Below the pieces are notes generated by a model. That model did not search any database and was not told the DNA's origin. It saw nothing but the letters and a program-made list of their open reading frames with translations. From positions 510,005-574,004 of the forward strand of contig PKTK01000001.1 of assembly GCA_002869165.1 (NCBI GenBank): a DNA stretch of 64,000 nt, given 5' to 3'. Made by a program: the position numbers and the translations under genes. Positions within the stretch are counted from its first letter, which is position 1; each line of letters opens with the position of its first letter. This DNA comes from Candidatus Parcubacteria bacterium. GTDB taxonomy: Bacteria > Patescibacteriota > Patescibacteriia > Patescibacteriales > UBA12075. Below, one piece after another: positions 9,728-18,348 of the stretch.

Positions 9728-12118
9728 TTAATTTAATTTTTGAAAATCACTATTTGATATTCCCACGCTCTGCTCTCTCATTACCTGAAATGCATCAGAT
9801 GGTCTTCCCAAGAAATAACGACTGTTATTTTTTGGATCCACATACCACGCCTCTCCATTGCTCTCGACTTGTAAAAATATTTTGCCACTTTGGCTTTGTG
9901 AAAAATTATTATCTAGACCAATTTTTTTTCCGTTTGAAAATCTCGGATCATACCCATTTCTAATCTCATCCCTATCACTAAATCCATCACCATCACTATC
10001 ACTTTTCATAGGGTCAGTTCCGATTGCTTCCTCTAACTCATTTGACAAACCGTCACCATCACTATCTTCACCCAAGGAATAATCTACGGCTATTGGTATT
10101 TTTTCTAGGTTGGCATTGCTGATTCCTATTCCTTGTTCTCTCATTACTTGAAATGCATCTGCTGGTCTTCCTAGATAATATGCTAAATCTGTGCCTGGAT
10201 TCACATACCAAGCCCTACCTTCATTTTCTACTTCTAAAAGAATTTTACCTTTTTGATTTTTGCCAAACTGTGATCTCATTTGAATAGGGTCTAAACTTAA
10301 CACTGTTTCTGGACTAGAATTGGCTGTATCTTGTGTAACGACATTTTCCTGACTATTTACCGATGCAATCTTTCCTTCATCTGTTATATCAAAGCCTAGA
10401 CTAAATTGACTCAATATTTCCTTCTCAAAAATCTTTCTATCTTCCTTAAATCTTGTATCATTACCTTCGTCAGCTTCATAAAAAGCTGAATAATCTATTT
10501 CTATTGCCATATCAACACTTCTAAATTCATAATATAGATCATAAACATCAAAACCATCGCTATCTTTAGCTGCAAATTTTTCCGTAAACATTACCTCATT
10601 ATATAGCTCAGCATTCACATAATAACTGGTTGATTTATCATAATATTCAACATCAAAATCATCCTCCAACAAAGAAACGAAAAGACTTGAATCGTATTTA
10701 CTTTTTATATATTTTAAATAATCTTCATTACTCATTGCTTGCACTGCTTCGCTAATTTCTGAAATATCTATACTGAATCCAATATTTTGATTTTCAAGAC
10801 TAGAAAAAGAAACAGGAGAAGATTTGGAATTATCTTCCATTCCTAACCAATTTTCATTTGCAGTTATTTGAAAAAAAGGACTTTCATTCTTATAGGTATT
10901 TATATAATTCACTGATTTTAGTGAATCTGAAAACACTATACTATCCAAAAACATATCAATTTCTGTTTTACTATAATCATCCTCTCCATAATAACATGTA
11001 ATAGTAAACATATAATCATCAACAACCACGGTTTTTTGATGAAGCTCCATCCCATACATATCAATTATATCCTCAAAGCCTTCATGTCCTTTAAAATCGA
11101 TCTTTTCTTCACTGTATATTGTCATTCCTACCGTTGATAAAAAATTCACTGCCATCATGTAATCATCAATCTTCACATTTTCTTCATTAATAGGACTTCT
11201 TGTCCATACGATATTAAATAAACCCGCCTCAGAATCACTTTCATTCACTACCTCCAAAGCACTTTCTTCATTATAAGCAAACTCCCAATCTCCATCTATC
11301 GTAATACTGAAACCTAAATCTGAACTTGAAAAAATTTTACTGTCATTAACGCTTTGTTTTATCTTAATAAAATCTTTCATTCTTAAATTAAGATACAATG
11401 GAGTAGCGATCTTGGTCATGTTTTCATCTATCCAAGCGTTTACTTCTGTTATATCAATAACATATCCAAGTGAACCTAAAAGATCAGAGTGGGCCTGTGT
11501 TGTTATTCCTATTAGTTCTCCATCAGAATTAATAAGAGCACCGCCAGATGAACCATATGAAAATTCAGCATCAGTTTTAAGCCAGTTTTGATTATATTTT
11601 TCAAGTGTACCCGAAAGAATACCTGTAGTAACAGTGAGCGTATCCTCACCTATAGCCGGATACCCCAAAGCAGTGACAGTGTCCTCTTCTGTCATATTAT
11701 TTTCAGTAATTCTTTCTATTGATTTAAAATATGAACTATCACCTTCCAAGCCTTCAATCTTTTTCATCTGCAAAATCGCCAAGTCATTATCTTCATCACC
11801 CGCAATAATATCGGCACTATATGAACATAACGGTTCAGTGTCTGTATTAGTAGTAAGACAAACTAATAAAGCCACATCTACTTCGTTGTCAAAAGAGTCT
11901 TTTTCAGAAACCACATGATAATTGGTTAAAACTATTCCACTATCTTCAATAATAACACCGCTTCCGGAACTTAAAGGAGTAATCATATAGTCACTATCTT
12001 CGTAATAAGTATATATCTTAACTATATAATTATAGTTTTCTGAAGCAGCAAAAACTCCTTTCCCAGTTATCAAAAATAAAGAAAGGAGTACAATAAAAAT
12101 GTAATATTTTTTAAGCAT
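9728..12118 (-). CDS. secreted trypsin-like (S1C) serine protease with C-terminal repeat domains and DxDxDG repeats
   Basis: Start moved to MLKKYYIFIVLLSLFLITG (signal peptide). Motifs TNYHVV (His), DLAILQ (Asp), GSSGGALINSDGELIGI (Ser). Two copies of the GKI(L/F)L(E/Q)VE..G.AWYV.P...Y(Y/F)LGRP.DAFQVMREQ module. Confidence 0.75.
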   Translation of the reverse strand: MLKKYYIFIVLLSLFLITGKGVFAASENYNYIVKIYTYYEDSDYMITPLSSGSGVIIEDSGIVLTNYHVVSEKDSFDNEVDVALLVCLTTNTDTEPLCSYSADIIAGDEDNDLAILQMKKIEGLEGDSSYFKSIERITENNMTEEDTVTALGYPAIGEDTLTVTTGILSGTLEKYNQNWLKTDAEFSYGSSGGALINSDGELIGITTQAHSDLLGSLGYVIDITEVNAWIDENMTKIATPLYLNLRMKDFIKIKQSVNDSKIFSSSDLGFSITIDGDWEFAYNEESALEVVNESDSEAGLFNIVWTRSPINEENVKIDDYMMAVNFLSTVGMTIYSEEKIDFKGHEGFEDIIDMYGMELHQKTVVVDDYMFTITCYYGEDDYSKTEIDMFLDSIVFSDSLKSVNYINTYKNESPFFQITANENWLGMEDNSKSSPVSFSSLENQNIGFSIDISEISEAVQAMSNEDYLKYIKSKYDSSLFVSLLEDDFDVEYYDKSTSYYVNAELYNEVMFTEKFAAKDSDGFDVYDLYYEFRSVDMAIEIDYSAFYEADEGNDTRFKEDRKIFEKEILSQFSLGFDITDEGKIASVNSQENVVTQDTANSSPETVLSLDPIQMRSQFGKNQKGKILLEVENEGRAWYVNPGTDLAYYLGRPADAFQVMREQGIGISNANLEKIPIAVDYSLGEDSDGDGLSNELEEAIGTDPMKSDSDGDGFSDRDEIRNGYDPRFSNGKKIGLDNNFSQSQSGKIFLQVESNGEAWYVDPKNNSRYFLGRPSDAFQVMREQSVGISNSDFQKLN

Positions 12119-12146
12119 GTTTTTTGTTTTTATTTTTATATTTTTT

Positions 12147-12578
12147 TTAAACTCCCAGTTCACCCAAAGCTTCAGCTATCTCTGTGCTTTCTGCTTCAGC
12201 TTCTGTTTTGTATTTGTCCCAATTTTCTTCATCCCAGATCTCAAGTCTATCAAATAGACCAGCTACGATAGTTTTTTTATTAAGACCCGCATACTTGCGT
12301 AAATACTCAGGTAAATTAATGCGTCCCTGTGCATCACACTCTACATCCATAGCTCCAGCCAACATTAAACGTGAAAAAGCCCTGGCCTTAGATTGACTGA
12401 TTGGAAGATTGGCCAGTTTTTCTACGATCTTTTCCCATTGATCACGCGTATATAAAAAAAGACAGTTATCAAGACCCCTGGTCACCACTGCTCCTTGTTT
12501 TAACTTTTCTCTGAACTTAGCTGGAACTGCTAGCCTGCCTTTTACATCTAAGTTGTGATTGTATTCTCCAATAAACAT
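12147..12578 (-). CDS. mraZ: transcriptional regulator MraZ
   Basis: MFIGEYNHNLDVKGRLAVPAKFR... and a second SpoVT/AbrB-like half (DAQGRINLPEYLR). The ORF-track start at 12608 adds 10 unlikely residues. Confidence 0.85.
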   Translation of the reverse strand: MFIGEYNHNLDVKGRLAVPAKFREKLKQGAVVTRGLDNCLFLYTRDQWEKIVEKLANLPISQSKARAFSRLMLAGAMDVECDAQGRINLPEYLRKYAGLNKKTIVAGLFDRLEIWDEENWDKYKTEAEAESTEIAEALGELGV

Positions 12579-12627
12579 GAATAATTGTATTAGGTAATAA
12601 TGTGACAAGCATGATTTTGTTTTTGAA

Positions 12628-12690
12628 CTAAGGATCAGGAGGAGACTGATCGGACCTTCCTGGTTTAGATCAGTCCCCTTCTTCGCCTTA
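12628..12690. repeat. extended imperfect hairpin, copy 1 of 2
   Basis: ctaaggatcaggaggagactgatc[ggaccttcctggttta]gatcagtccccttcttcgcctta. Confidence 0.7.
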
Positions 12691-12852
12691 ATTTTTTTAA
12701 TCTTGAATGAGTCAGCACATTATCTTGGCCAGCTCACTTATATTTTTGTTTTTAAGGTTTTTGTTTTGGCTTTTATCTGATTATTTTGATCAGACAATTT
12801 TTGTTTTGATATTTTTATTTTGGTTTTTTTAGGAATACTGTTCTTCTTTTGT

Positions 12853-12913
12853 CTTAAGATCAGAGGAGGAAACTGATTTAATAGTTTACAAATCAGTTCC
12901 CTTCTTCGCCTTA
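12853..12913. repeat. extended imperfect hairpin, copy 2 of 2
   Basis: cttaagatcagaggaggaaactgattt[aatagtttaca]aatcagttcccttcttcgcctta. Same stem and tail as copy 1 but a different loop. Confidence 0.7.
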
Positions 12914-13289
12914 ATTTTAAACTTTTGTTTTTGAAGCATCCCCATGCCTTTTTTTGTTTGGAGTCTAGAAACTCCTATGGTTTAAAACTTTGGTTTTTGT
13001 TTTTGTCCTGCATGCGAGACAGGATGGGGCTCACATTTCATTTCACCACTGTTCCCCACTCTTCACCCTTATGATTCTATTATACACCACTTTTACCCAA
13101 AAGTCAATCTGGACACTCCACCTGTTTTTTGTCTTAAGTTAAAAGAAAAAATATCTTTAATACCCAGGTGTTTAAAAGTGGAGACTTATACACATAGCCA
13201 AGCTAAAACTGTTCTTCCTAGAAACTTATGCTTATCAACATACTTGTCCACATTTTTCTCCCCAAACTGTTAATAACTATAAAATAAGC

Positions 13290-13318
13290 TTGATTTATTA
13301 ATGTTTTTATACTATATT
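13290..13318 (+). promoter_or_regulatory. sigma70-type promoter candidate (TTGATT-17-TATATT) for 13360-13545
   Basis: Hexamers at 13290-13295 and 13313-13318 with a 17-nt spacer, about 40 nt upstream of the ATG. Confidence 0.5.
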
Positions 13319-13359
13319 ATCTGTATAAAGATAGTTCATTAAAAAATAGGGAGAAAAAA

Positions 13360-13545
13360 ATGGCAGAAGAAAATAAAAAAAAGAAAATAACCCTGTTTTG
13401 TTTTGAAAGATCACCTAATGATCCAATCGCTGGTGATAATAGACTAACCAAATCCATAAATTTAGCTAACTTCACTGGCACTGGAGCCAGTATTAATGAT
13501 TTAATTAAAAATCCAGAAAAACACCGAAAAGGCCCAGGAAAATAG
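13360..13545 (+). CDS. small hypothetical protein (61 aa)
   Basis: Strong SD (agggagaaaaaaATG), its own promoter candidate and a strong terminator directly downstream. Confidence 0.5.
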   Translation: MAEENKKKKITLFCFERSPNDPIAGDNRLTKSINLANFTGTGASINDLIKNPEKHRKGPGK

Positions 13546-13572
13546 AAATCATAATAAATTTCTAAAATAGCA

Positions 13573-13601
13573 AAAACCTCGCTGAAGACGAGGTTTTTTT
13601 A
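13573..13601 (+). terminator. rho-independent terminator
   Basis: aacctcg-ctgaaga-cgaggtt followed by ttttttt. Confidence 0.8.
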
Positions 13602-13661
13602 TTGACAATTTAAATATTTTAGAATCTATTAATTTTTTAATGTATAATAAAGCTATAAATA

Positions 13662-14387
13662 ATGATAAATACTATAAGTATGACATGCGAAGATATTAAA
13701 AAAGATCTAAAAAAGGCCTCAGACCCACAAAAAGCACTAATTTTAGCTAGATTTTTTAAAACAAGGCCTGGAGAATATGGTGAAGGATATGTATTTATTG
13801 GCGTAAAAATGCCAGATCAACACCAAATTGCTAAAAAATATATTGATATTTCATTAAAAGAAGCTATAAAACTTCTAAAATCACCAATTCACGAACACAG
13901 AATGACATCTTTACTAATATTAGTAAAAAAATACCAAAAGACCAAAAATATTAAAGAAAAGCAAGAAATATATAAAGAATATATTAAAAATAAACAATAT
14001 ATCAATAATTGGGACCTGGTGGACGTCACCACCCCAAAAATCGTCGGCGACTACTTATACAATAATCCTGCAGACCTCGGAGGTCTGCGAAAAATGCTTG
14101 ATTCAAATAATCTCTGGGATAGACGTATTGCTGTGCTTACCACCTACACTTTTATTAAAAATGGTAATTTTGATCTGATTTTAGAGTTTGCTGAAAAATC
14201 ACTAGATGATTCTCACGATCTCATGCACAAGGCTGTTGGTTGGATGCTTCGAGAAATGGGTAAAATTGATATCGAGGTCTTACGCGCTTTTCTCAAAAAA
14301 CACCATAAAACTATGCCTCGAACTATGCTAAGATATGCAATTGAAAAAATGAATGCAAACGAAAGAAAGAAATGGATGGCCAAATAA
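13662..14387 (+). CDS. DNA alkylation repair enzyme (AlkD-like HEAT-repeat family)
   Basis: 241 aa; ARFFKTRPGEYGEGYVFIGVKMP, NNWDLVD, WDRRIAVL, KAVGWMLRE. This is the pattern of the DNA alkylation repair family. Confidence 0.7.
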   Translation: MINTISMTCEDIKKDLKKASDPQKALILARFFKTRPGEYGEGYVFIGVKMPDQHQIAKKYIDISLKEAIKLLKSPIHEHRMTSLLILVKKYQKTKNIKEKQEIYKEYIKNKQYINNWDLVDVTTPKIVGDYLYNNPADLGGLRKMLDSNNLWDRRIAVLTTYTFIKNGNFDLILEFAEKSLDDSHDLMHKAVGWMLREMGKIDIEVLRAFLKKHHKTMPRTMLRYAIEKMNANERKKWMAK

Positions 14388-14388
14388 A

Positions 14389-14413
14389 AACCCTAGCGCT
14401 TTTAGCTAGGGTT
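14389..14413. terminator. hairpin terminator candidate between convergent genes
   Basis: aaccctagc-gctttt-gctagggtt. Confidence 0.5.
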
Positions 14414-14420
14414 TTGGCTT

Positions 14421-14651
14421 TTAAAAAACTTGGATGTTACCACTTCCATATATTCCTGGTTTATCAGGAGTTATAATAACACCATTGTCATTCTTTTTTT
14501 CTTTTAAAATAATGTTAGTTGTTACCTTGTTGTCATCAAAAGTTTTTCCATTCACATCTCTGAATATTGAGACTATTTGCAGTTTTACTTCAACAACATC
14601 ATCGTTATCCAAATATTTTTGGATATCAATTACTGCATTCTTTTCACTCAT
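14421..14651 (-). CDS. small hypothetical protein (76 aa)
   Basis: SD aaggagagagttaATG; 8-nt overlap with the upstream ORF. Confidence 0.5.
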   Translation of the reverse strand: MSEKNAVIDIQKYLDNDDVVEVKLQIVSIFRDVNGKTFDDNKVTTNIILKEKKNDNGVIITPDKPGIYGSGNIQVF

Positions 14652-14982
14652 TAACTCTCTCCTTTTTAATATCTTTGATCACTTCTCTCTGTGGTTTATA
14701 CCTTCCTGTTCTACAAGTCAACCCCTCCAACCAATGAAGAACTACTTTTGCTACATAACCACCCATTGATTTAAGGGTGCGCTTACTCCCATCCTCTTCA
14801 TAAAGATCTTTATCTACCATGTATTTTGTTATTTCGTGCTCAATTTCATAAACACTACAATCACCCGATTTGATTTCAAGCTCCTCGTGAATAAAATGTT
14901 GAACACCTTCCTCCATTTCATTAAAAGAACTCAAATCAATCGGCTTATCAGAAATAATAAATGCAACATGTTTTTTGACCAT
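14644..14982 (-). CDS. hypothetical protein (112 aa)
   Basis: SD aggaggtagacATG; coupled to 14421-14651. Confidence 0.5.
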   Translation of the reverse strand: MVKKHVAFIISDKPIDLSSFNEMEEGVQHFIHEELEIKSGDCSVYEIEHEITKYMVDKDLYEEDGSKRTLKSMGGYVAKVVLHWLEGLTCRTGRYKPQREVIKDIKKERVNE

Positions 14983-14991
14983 GTCTACCTC

Positions 14992-15345
14992 CTACCCAAT
15001 ATTAGGTTCGGCTTTGTATTTTGGTTTTACGAATGAGTAATTTTCAAGCTTTATTTCTTCGCCTGATTTAGCTTTACAAGGAACACCCAGAGCATATGAC
15101 AAAGCGTTAGCGATCACCACCCCAATTCGCAGTGCAGAAAATCCCTCTCCCTCATCATTTACCTCTACCTCCTTTATATCTTTAATATCTAGATTATTTT
15201 TCTTGAGTATTTTATCAATCTCGGGCAGCAGTTTTTCACATTGTCTGTATTTAGACTCAACCTCAATCGAATCAATTTCTTTATCATTCTTAATCAAAGA
15301 TAAACTAAAATGCTCATTTTTACTTGTATCAATATATAGTTTCAT
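14992..15345 (-). CDS. tsaB: short TsaB/YeaZ-like t6A biosynthesis protein
   Basis: MKLYIDTS...GEGFSALRIGVVIANALSYALGVP matches the TsaB N-terminal domain. At 117 aa it is shorter than typical TsaB. Confidence 0.65.
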   Translation of the reverse strand: MKLYIDTSKNEHFSLSLIKNDKEIDSIEVESKYRQCEKLLPEIDKILKKNNLDIKDIKEVEVNDEGEGFSALRIGVVIANALSYALGVPCKAKSGEEIKLENYSFVKPKYKAEPNIG

Positions 15346-15446
15346 ATTTTTTTAATATTTCTAATAACACACTAACACAAAGATTACTAGATTACAAATC
15401 TACTAATTTTACTACAATACTACGAATAATCATTTTTTACTCATTC

Positions 15447-15680
15447 TGTCATTCCCGTGAAAGCGGGAACAACAGGAGAGAATGAATGTTTTAAAATTTA
15501 CCTATGGGGGTTTGGGGGATGGAGTTCGCGTCATTGGTAGTGGCAAGAAGATAACAACATACACTAGCGAATCGGAATCCCCCAAAACTTTTTGTTACTT
15601 TTTGGTTACAAAAAGTAAGTTTACAAATTATTATAGTTTATTGCGATGTTCTCAAAATTCCTGCCTTCGCAGGAATGACA
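15447..15680. repeat. MITE-like TGTCAT...ATGACA element (234 bp)
   Basis: Ends tgtcattcccgtgaaagcgggaac ... attcctgccttcgcaggaatgaca (terminal inverted repeat TGTCATTCC/GGAATGACA), with internal hairpins. Confidence 0.7.
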
Positions 15681-15701
15681 AAAAAAAGGAGGGGCGAAAA
15701 C

Positions 15702-15730
15702 AAAAACAGCCGGATAAACCGGCTATTTTT
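15702..15730 (-). terminator. bidirectional hairpin terminator downstream of 15781-16932
   Basis: agccgg-ataaa-ccggct flanked by an A-run and a T-run. Confidence 0.6.
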
Positions 15731-15780
15731 AATTAAAACGAAAATATACTTGTCCCACCGTGGCTTTTAGCGTAGGGGGA

Positions 15781-16932
15781 TTAAATTAATTTTTCTTTTC
15801 TAGAAAAGAAAAATCCTTTTAATGCGAGTGCTTTTTCATACAATCTTTCAGTGTCTACCGTAATAGTATTCCAGTCATACTGAATCTTAACTCTTGTAGC
15901 TCCCTGGCTTCTCTTATTGTCCACCATATTAGGGCTATCCAGAAGTTTGACAAGCATATTTCTTAGACTATCCACATTTTTATTTTCAAAATAAAATCCT
16001 GAATTTCTAAGAGCTTCTTCGTTTTCTGGAATATCTGAAGCAAGTACTGCTTGCTCATATGACATAGCTTCCAGTAGAGCGATCGACAAGCCTTCTGATT
16101 CTGATGGTTGTACAAAGAGATAAGCATTGGTAAATAGCTCTTTTAATGTATCACCAGACTGTCTGCCAGTGAATATAATATTGTCATTGCCATCGGCCAT
16201 AGATTTAAGCTCATCAACAAAACCATCAGTATATGAACCATCACCTACGATTACTAGTTTTTTATCAGTATCAATCTGCTTATAAGCATCAATTAAATAC
16301 TGAAGACCCTTGTGGCGTACGATTCTAGAAATAGCTACGATATAATTATCTTTTTCTAGCCCCCACTTTTTGATGTTGTTTGGCTCTTTCTTTTCAGCTG
16401 TGCCAACACCATTAGGTATATAGTTAACAGTTCTCTTGTATTTAACCTGAGCATACTGTTGGATATTTCGAGAAATACCAATAACCTCATCAGCTACCTT
16501 ATTACATACTAGTTCACCAAACTTTAAATAAGCCTTGGCAAAACTTCCCCATTTTTGGTGGGTATAGCACATAGTATGAAAAGTAGAGATTACTGGGGTT
16601 GTTGGTTTGAATATCTTCACTAACCACAATAGACTTGAAGGTCCGATTGAATGAAAGTGAACTAAATCAACTTTTCTTTCTACAAAAATCGCATGTAAGC
16701 TTGCTAAAAAAGTATGCACAATAGCGTCTAAATTCTTACTTGATATGCTAGGCAAACTAACAAGTCTTACACCCTTATATTCTTTTAAGTTTTTATCGGT
16801 ATAATTAGGTCTGGTATAAACAACGACTTCGTGACCTCGACTAGCCAATCTGGTGGCTAGCTCCTCAACATGAGTCTCCACTCCTCCGGAAACTGCTGGG
16901 ATACCTTTTTGTCCGATTATTAAAACTTTCAT
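15781..16932 (-). CDS. glycosyltransferase family 4
   Basis: 383 aa; N-terminal GGVETHVEELA and C-terminal PSESEGLSIALLEAMSYEQAVLASD (GT4 E-x7-E region). Confidence 0.8.
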   Translation of the reverse strand: MKVLIIGQKGIPAVSGGVETHVEELATRLASRGHEVVVYTRPNYTDKNLKEYKGVRLVSLPSISSKNLDAIVHTFLASLHAIFVERKVDLVHFHSIGPSSLLWLVKIFKPTTPVISTFHTMCYTHQKWGSFAKAYLKFGELVCNKVADEVIGISRNIQQYAQVKYKRTVNYIPNGVGTAEKKEPNNIKKWGLEKDNYIVAISRIVRHKGLQYLIDAYKQIDTDKKLVIVGDGSYTDGFVDELKSMADGNDNIIFTGRQSGDTLKELFTNAYLFVQPSESEGLSIALLEAMSYEQAVLASDIPENEEALRNSGFYFENKNVDSLRNMLVKLLDSPNMVDNKRSQGATRVKIQYDWNTITVDTERLYEKALALKGFFFSRKEKLI

Positions 16933-16953
16933 ATATTTAAGTTATCTTTTAAA

Positions 16954-18258
16954 TTATTTTACATTCAATGAAATACTATAAGTTAATTCACTAGCCATGC
17001 CCTCAACTCTAATATCAATAGTTTGAGCTTTCATTCTAGGAATTAAAATAGTTCTTGTAAATCTACCATTGGAATCACTACTTGCACTCCATTTGGCATC
17101 TCTGTAACCTGGAATTGTGATCTCCAGTTTTTCGTTTAGACCAAATCCTTGACCACTTACAGTTACATAATTATATGAGAGCGTATTTGTCTTATCAAGA
17201 CTTAGGCTCAAATCTTCAATAGGAGCATAGTCTAGTTCTCTAGCTTCATATGTATCAATCAAATCCAAATCTTCATCAAGAACCAATATTTCATTATTAT
17301 TAAAAATTACTATTTTGTCTCCCTTAGAGTCTGCGCTTACTTCAATATCCATTGCCCAGCCACGACCAGCACCAATTTCAGTAGTGTACTGCCAATCAAG
17401 TGCTTTTAGGTCTTCTTTGTTACTTTTCACAACTCCGATACCATCAGAAAAGTATACGCTTGAATCACGTCTTGATTCCTCAACATCATAACCTAAGTTA
17501 GATGTATGTTTAAAACGTCTTATTTCATTACCGTTAATGTCAAAAACTCTTAGAGCTTCATCATCGACTAAATAAATTTCTTGTTTATCAGCGTCATAGT
17601 AAACCCCTCTTGAGCTATCTTCGTTCTTGGTATAATAAATATCTGCTACAACCTCTCTTTTCTCTGTGCTGTAAATTTCAACCAAACTACCTACAAAAAC
17701 AAAAATATATTCACCGTTTTCAGAAATTGTAATATTTTCGGTTTTTTCATAACCTAGGTCAAAAGCATTTACAACTTGCATGTCAGAATTCCAAAACTTA
17801 ATTTCTTTGCTACCGATAGTAACAAGATAATCATCAGTGGTTTCGATCTGCATCATCCAATCCCAAGCATTATCTCTAAGTTTATCAACCAAAACTGGTC
17901 TATATGGATCGCTGATATCATATTTTGACAAATATGTACCATTAGATAGATACATATACAATTTTCCGTTTACAGTACTAAATTCTACATCATAAAATGT
18001 ATCAGACCCCTTAGGTAGTCTGGTAAACTCTGGTTTGAAAGCTGCTGTTCTAACGATATTGTTATCTTCTAGAACAAAAAGCTCTACTGCACCTGTGTTG
18101 GTAGTAGCAAAAACTAGCTTATTATGAAAAGTAATTGCTTCACCTGAATAATACACCTTGGTTCGTGACTGTAAGTCTGGACTAACAACCACAAAAAGCA
18201 TTACTAGGGATAAAGCAACAATTAAAATTGTCTTTGTTTTATTTAGTTTAAAATTCAT
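16954..18258 (-). CDS. membrane-anchored extracytoplasmic protein, probably beta-propeller-like, with an Ig-like C-terminus
   Basis: N-terminal signal anchor and repetitive beta-rich sequence. No catalytic motif recognised. Confidence 0.55.
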   Translation of the reverse strand: MNFKLNKTKTILIVALSLVMLFVVVSPDLQSRTKVYYSGEAITFHNKLVFATTNTGAVELFVLEDNNIVRTAAFKPEFTRLPKGSDTFYDVEFSTVNGKLYMYLSNGTYLSKYDISDPYRPVLVDKLRDNAWDWMMQIETTDDYLVTIGSKEIKFWNSDMQVVNAFDLGYEKTENITISENGEYIFVFVGSLVEIYSTEKREVVADIYYTKNEDSSRGVYYDADKQEIYLVDDEALRVFDINGNEIRRFKHTSNLGYDVEESRRDSSVYFSDGIGVVKSNKEDLKALDWQYTTEIGAGRGWAMDIEVSADSKGDKIVIFNNNEILVLDEDLDLIDTYEARELDYAPIEDLSLSLDKTNTLSYNYVTVSGQGFGLNEKLEITIPGYRDAKWSASSDSNGRFTRTILIPRMKAQTIDIRVEGMASELTYSISLNVK

Positions 18259-18288
18259 ATTATTTTATTTATTATTTCTAAACATTAT

Positions 18289-18317
18289 ATTCTAACAAAT
18301 TTTTTATATTTTGTCAA
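18289..18317 (-). promoter_or_regulatory. sigma70-type promoter candidate (TTGACA-17-TAGAAT) for 16954-18258
   Basis: On the minus strand, TTGACA is at 18317-18312 and TAGAAT at 18294-18289. Confidence 0.55.
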
Positions 18318-18348
18318 GAGTAATTATTCTTTATTAACTTCTAATTAT

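Noticed and set aside
12645-12675. RNase P or SRP RNA, based on the minus-strand motif CCAGGAAGGUCCG in the hairpin loop.
   Set aside because: The motif only loosely resembles AGGAAAGUCC (RNase P) or GGUCCGGAAGGA (SRP). Only about 40 nt remain before mraZ, and the second hairpin copy lacks the loop motif. No other conserved RNase P or SRP blocks were found.
12609-13359. Replication origin (oriC) in the long gap upstream of mraZ.
   Set aside because: There are only two near-DnaA boxes (TTGTCCACA at about 13244 and TTATACACA at about 13186), no clustered array, and no dnaA or dnaN nearby. The evidence is insufficient.
15482-15736. 84-aa plus-strand ORF.
   Set aside because: It lies almost wholly inside the 234-bp TGTCAT element and reads through its hairpins. 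The composition is not protein-like.
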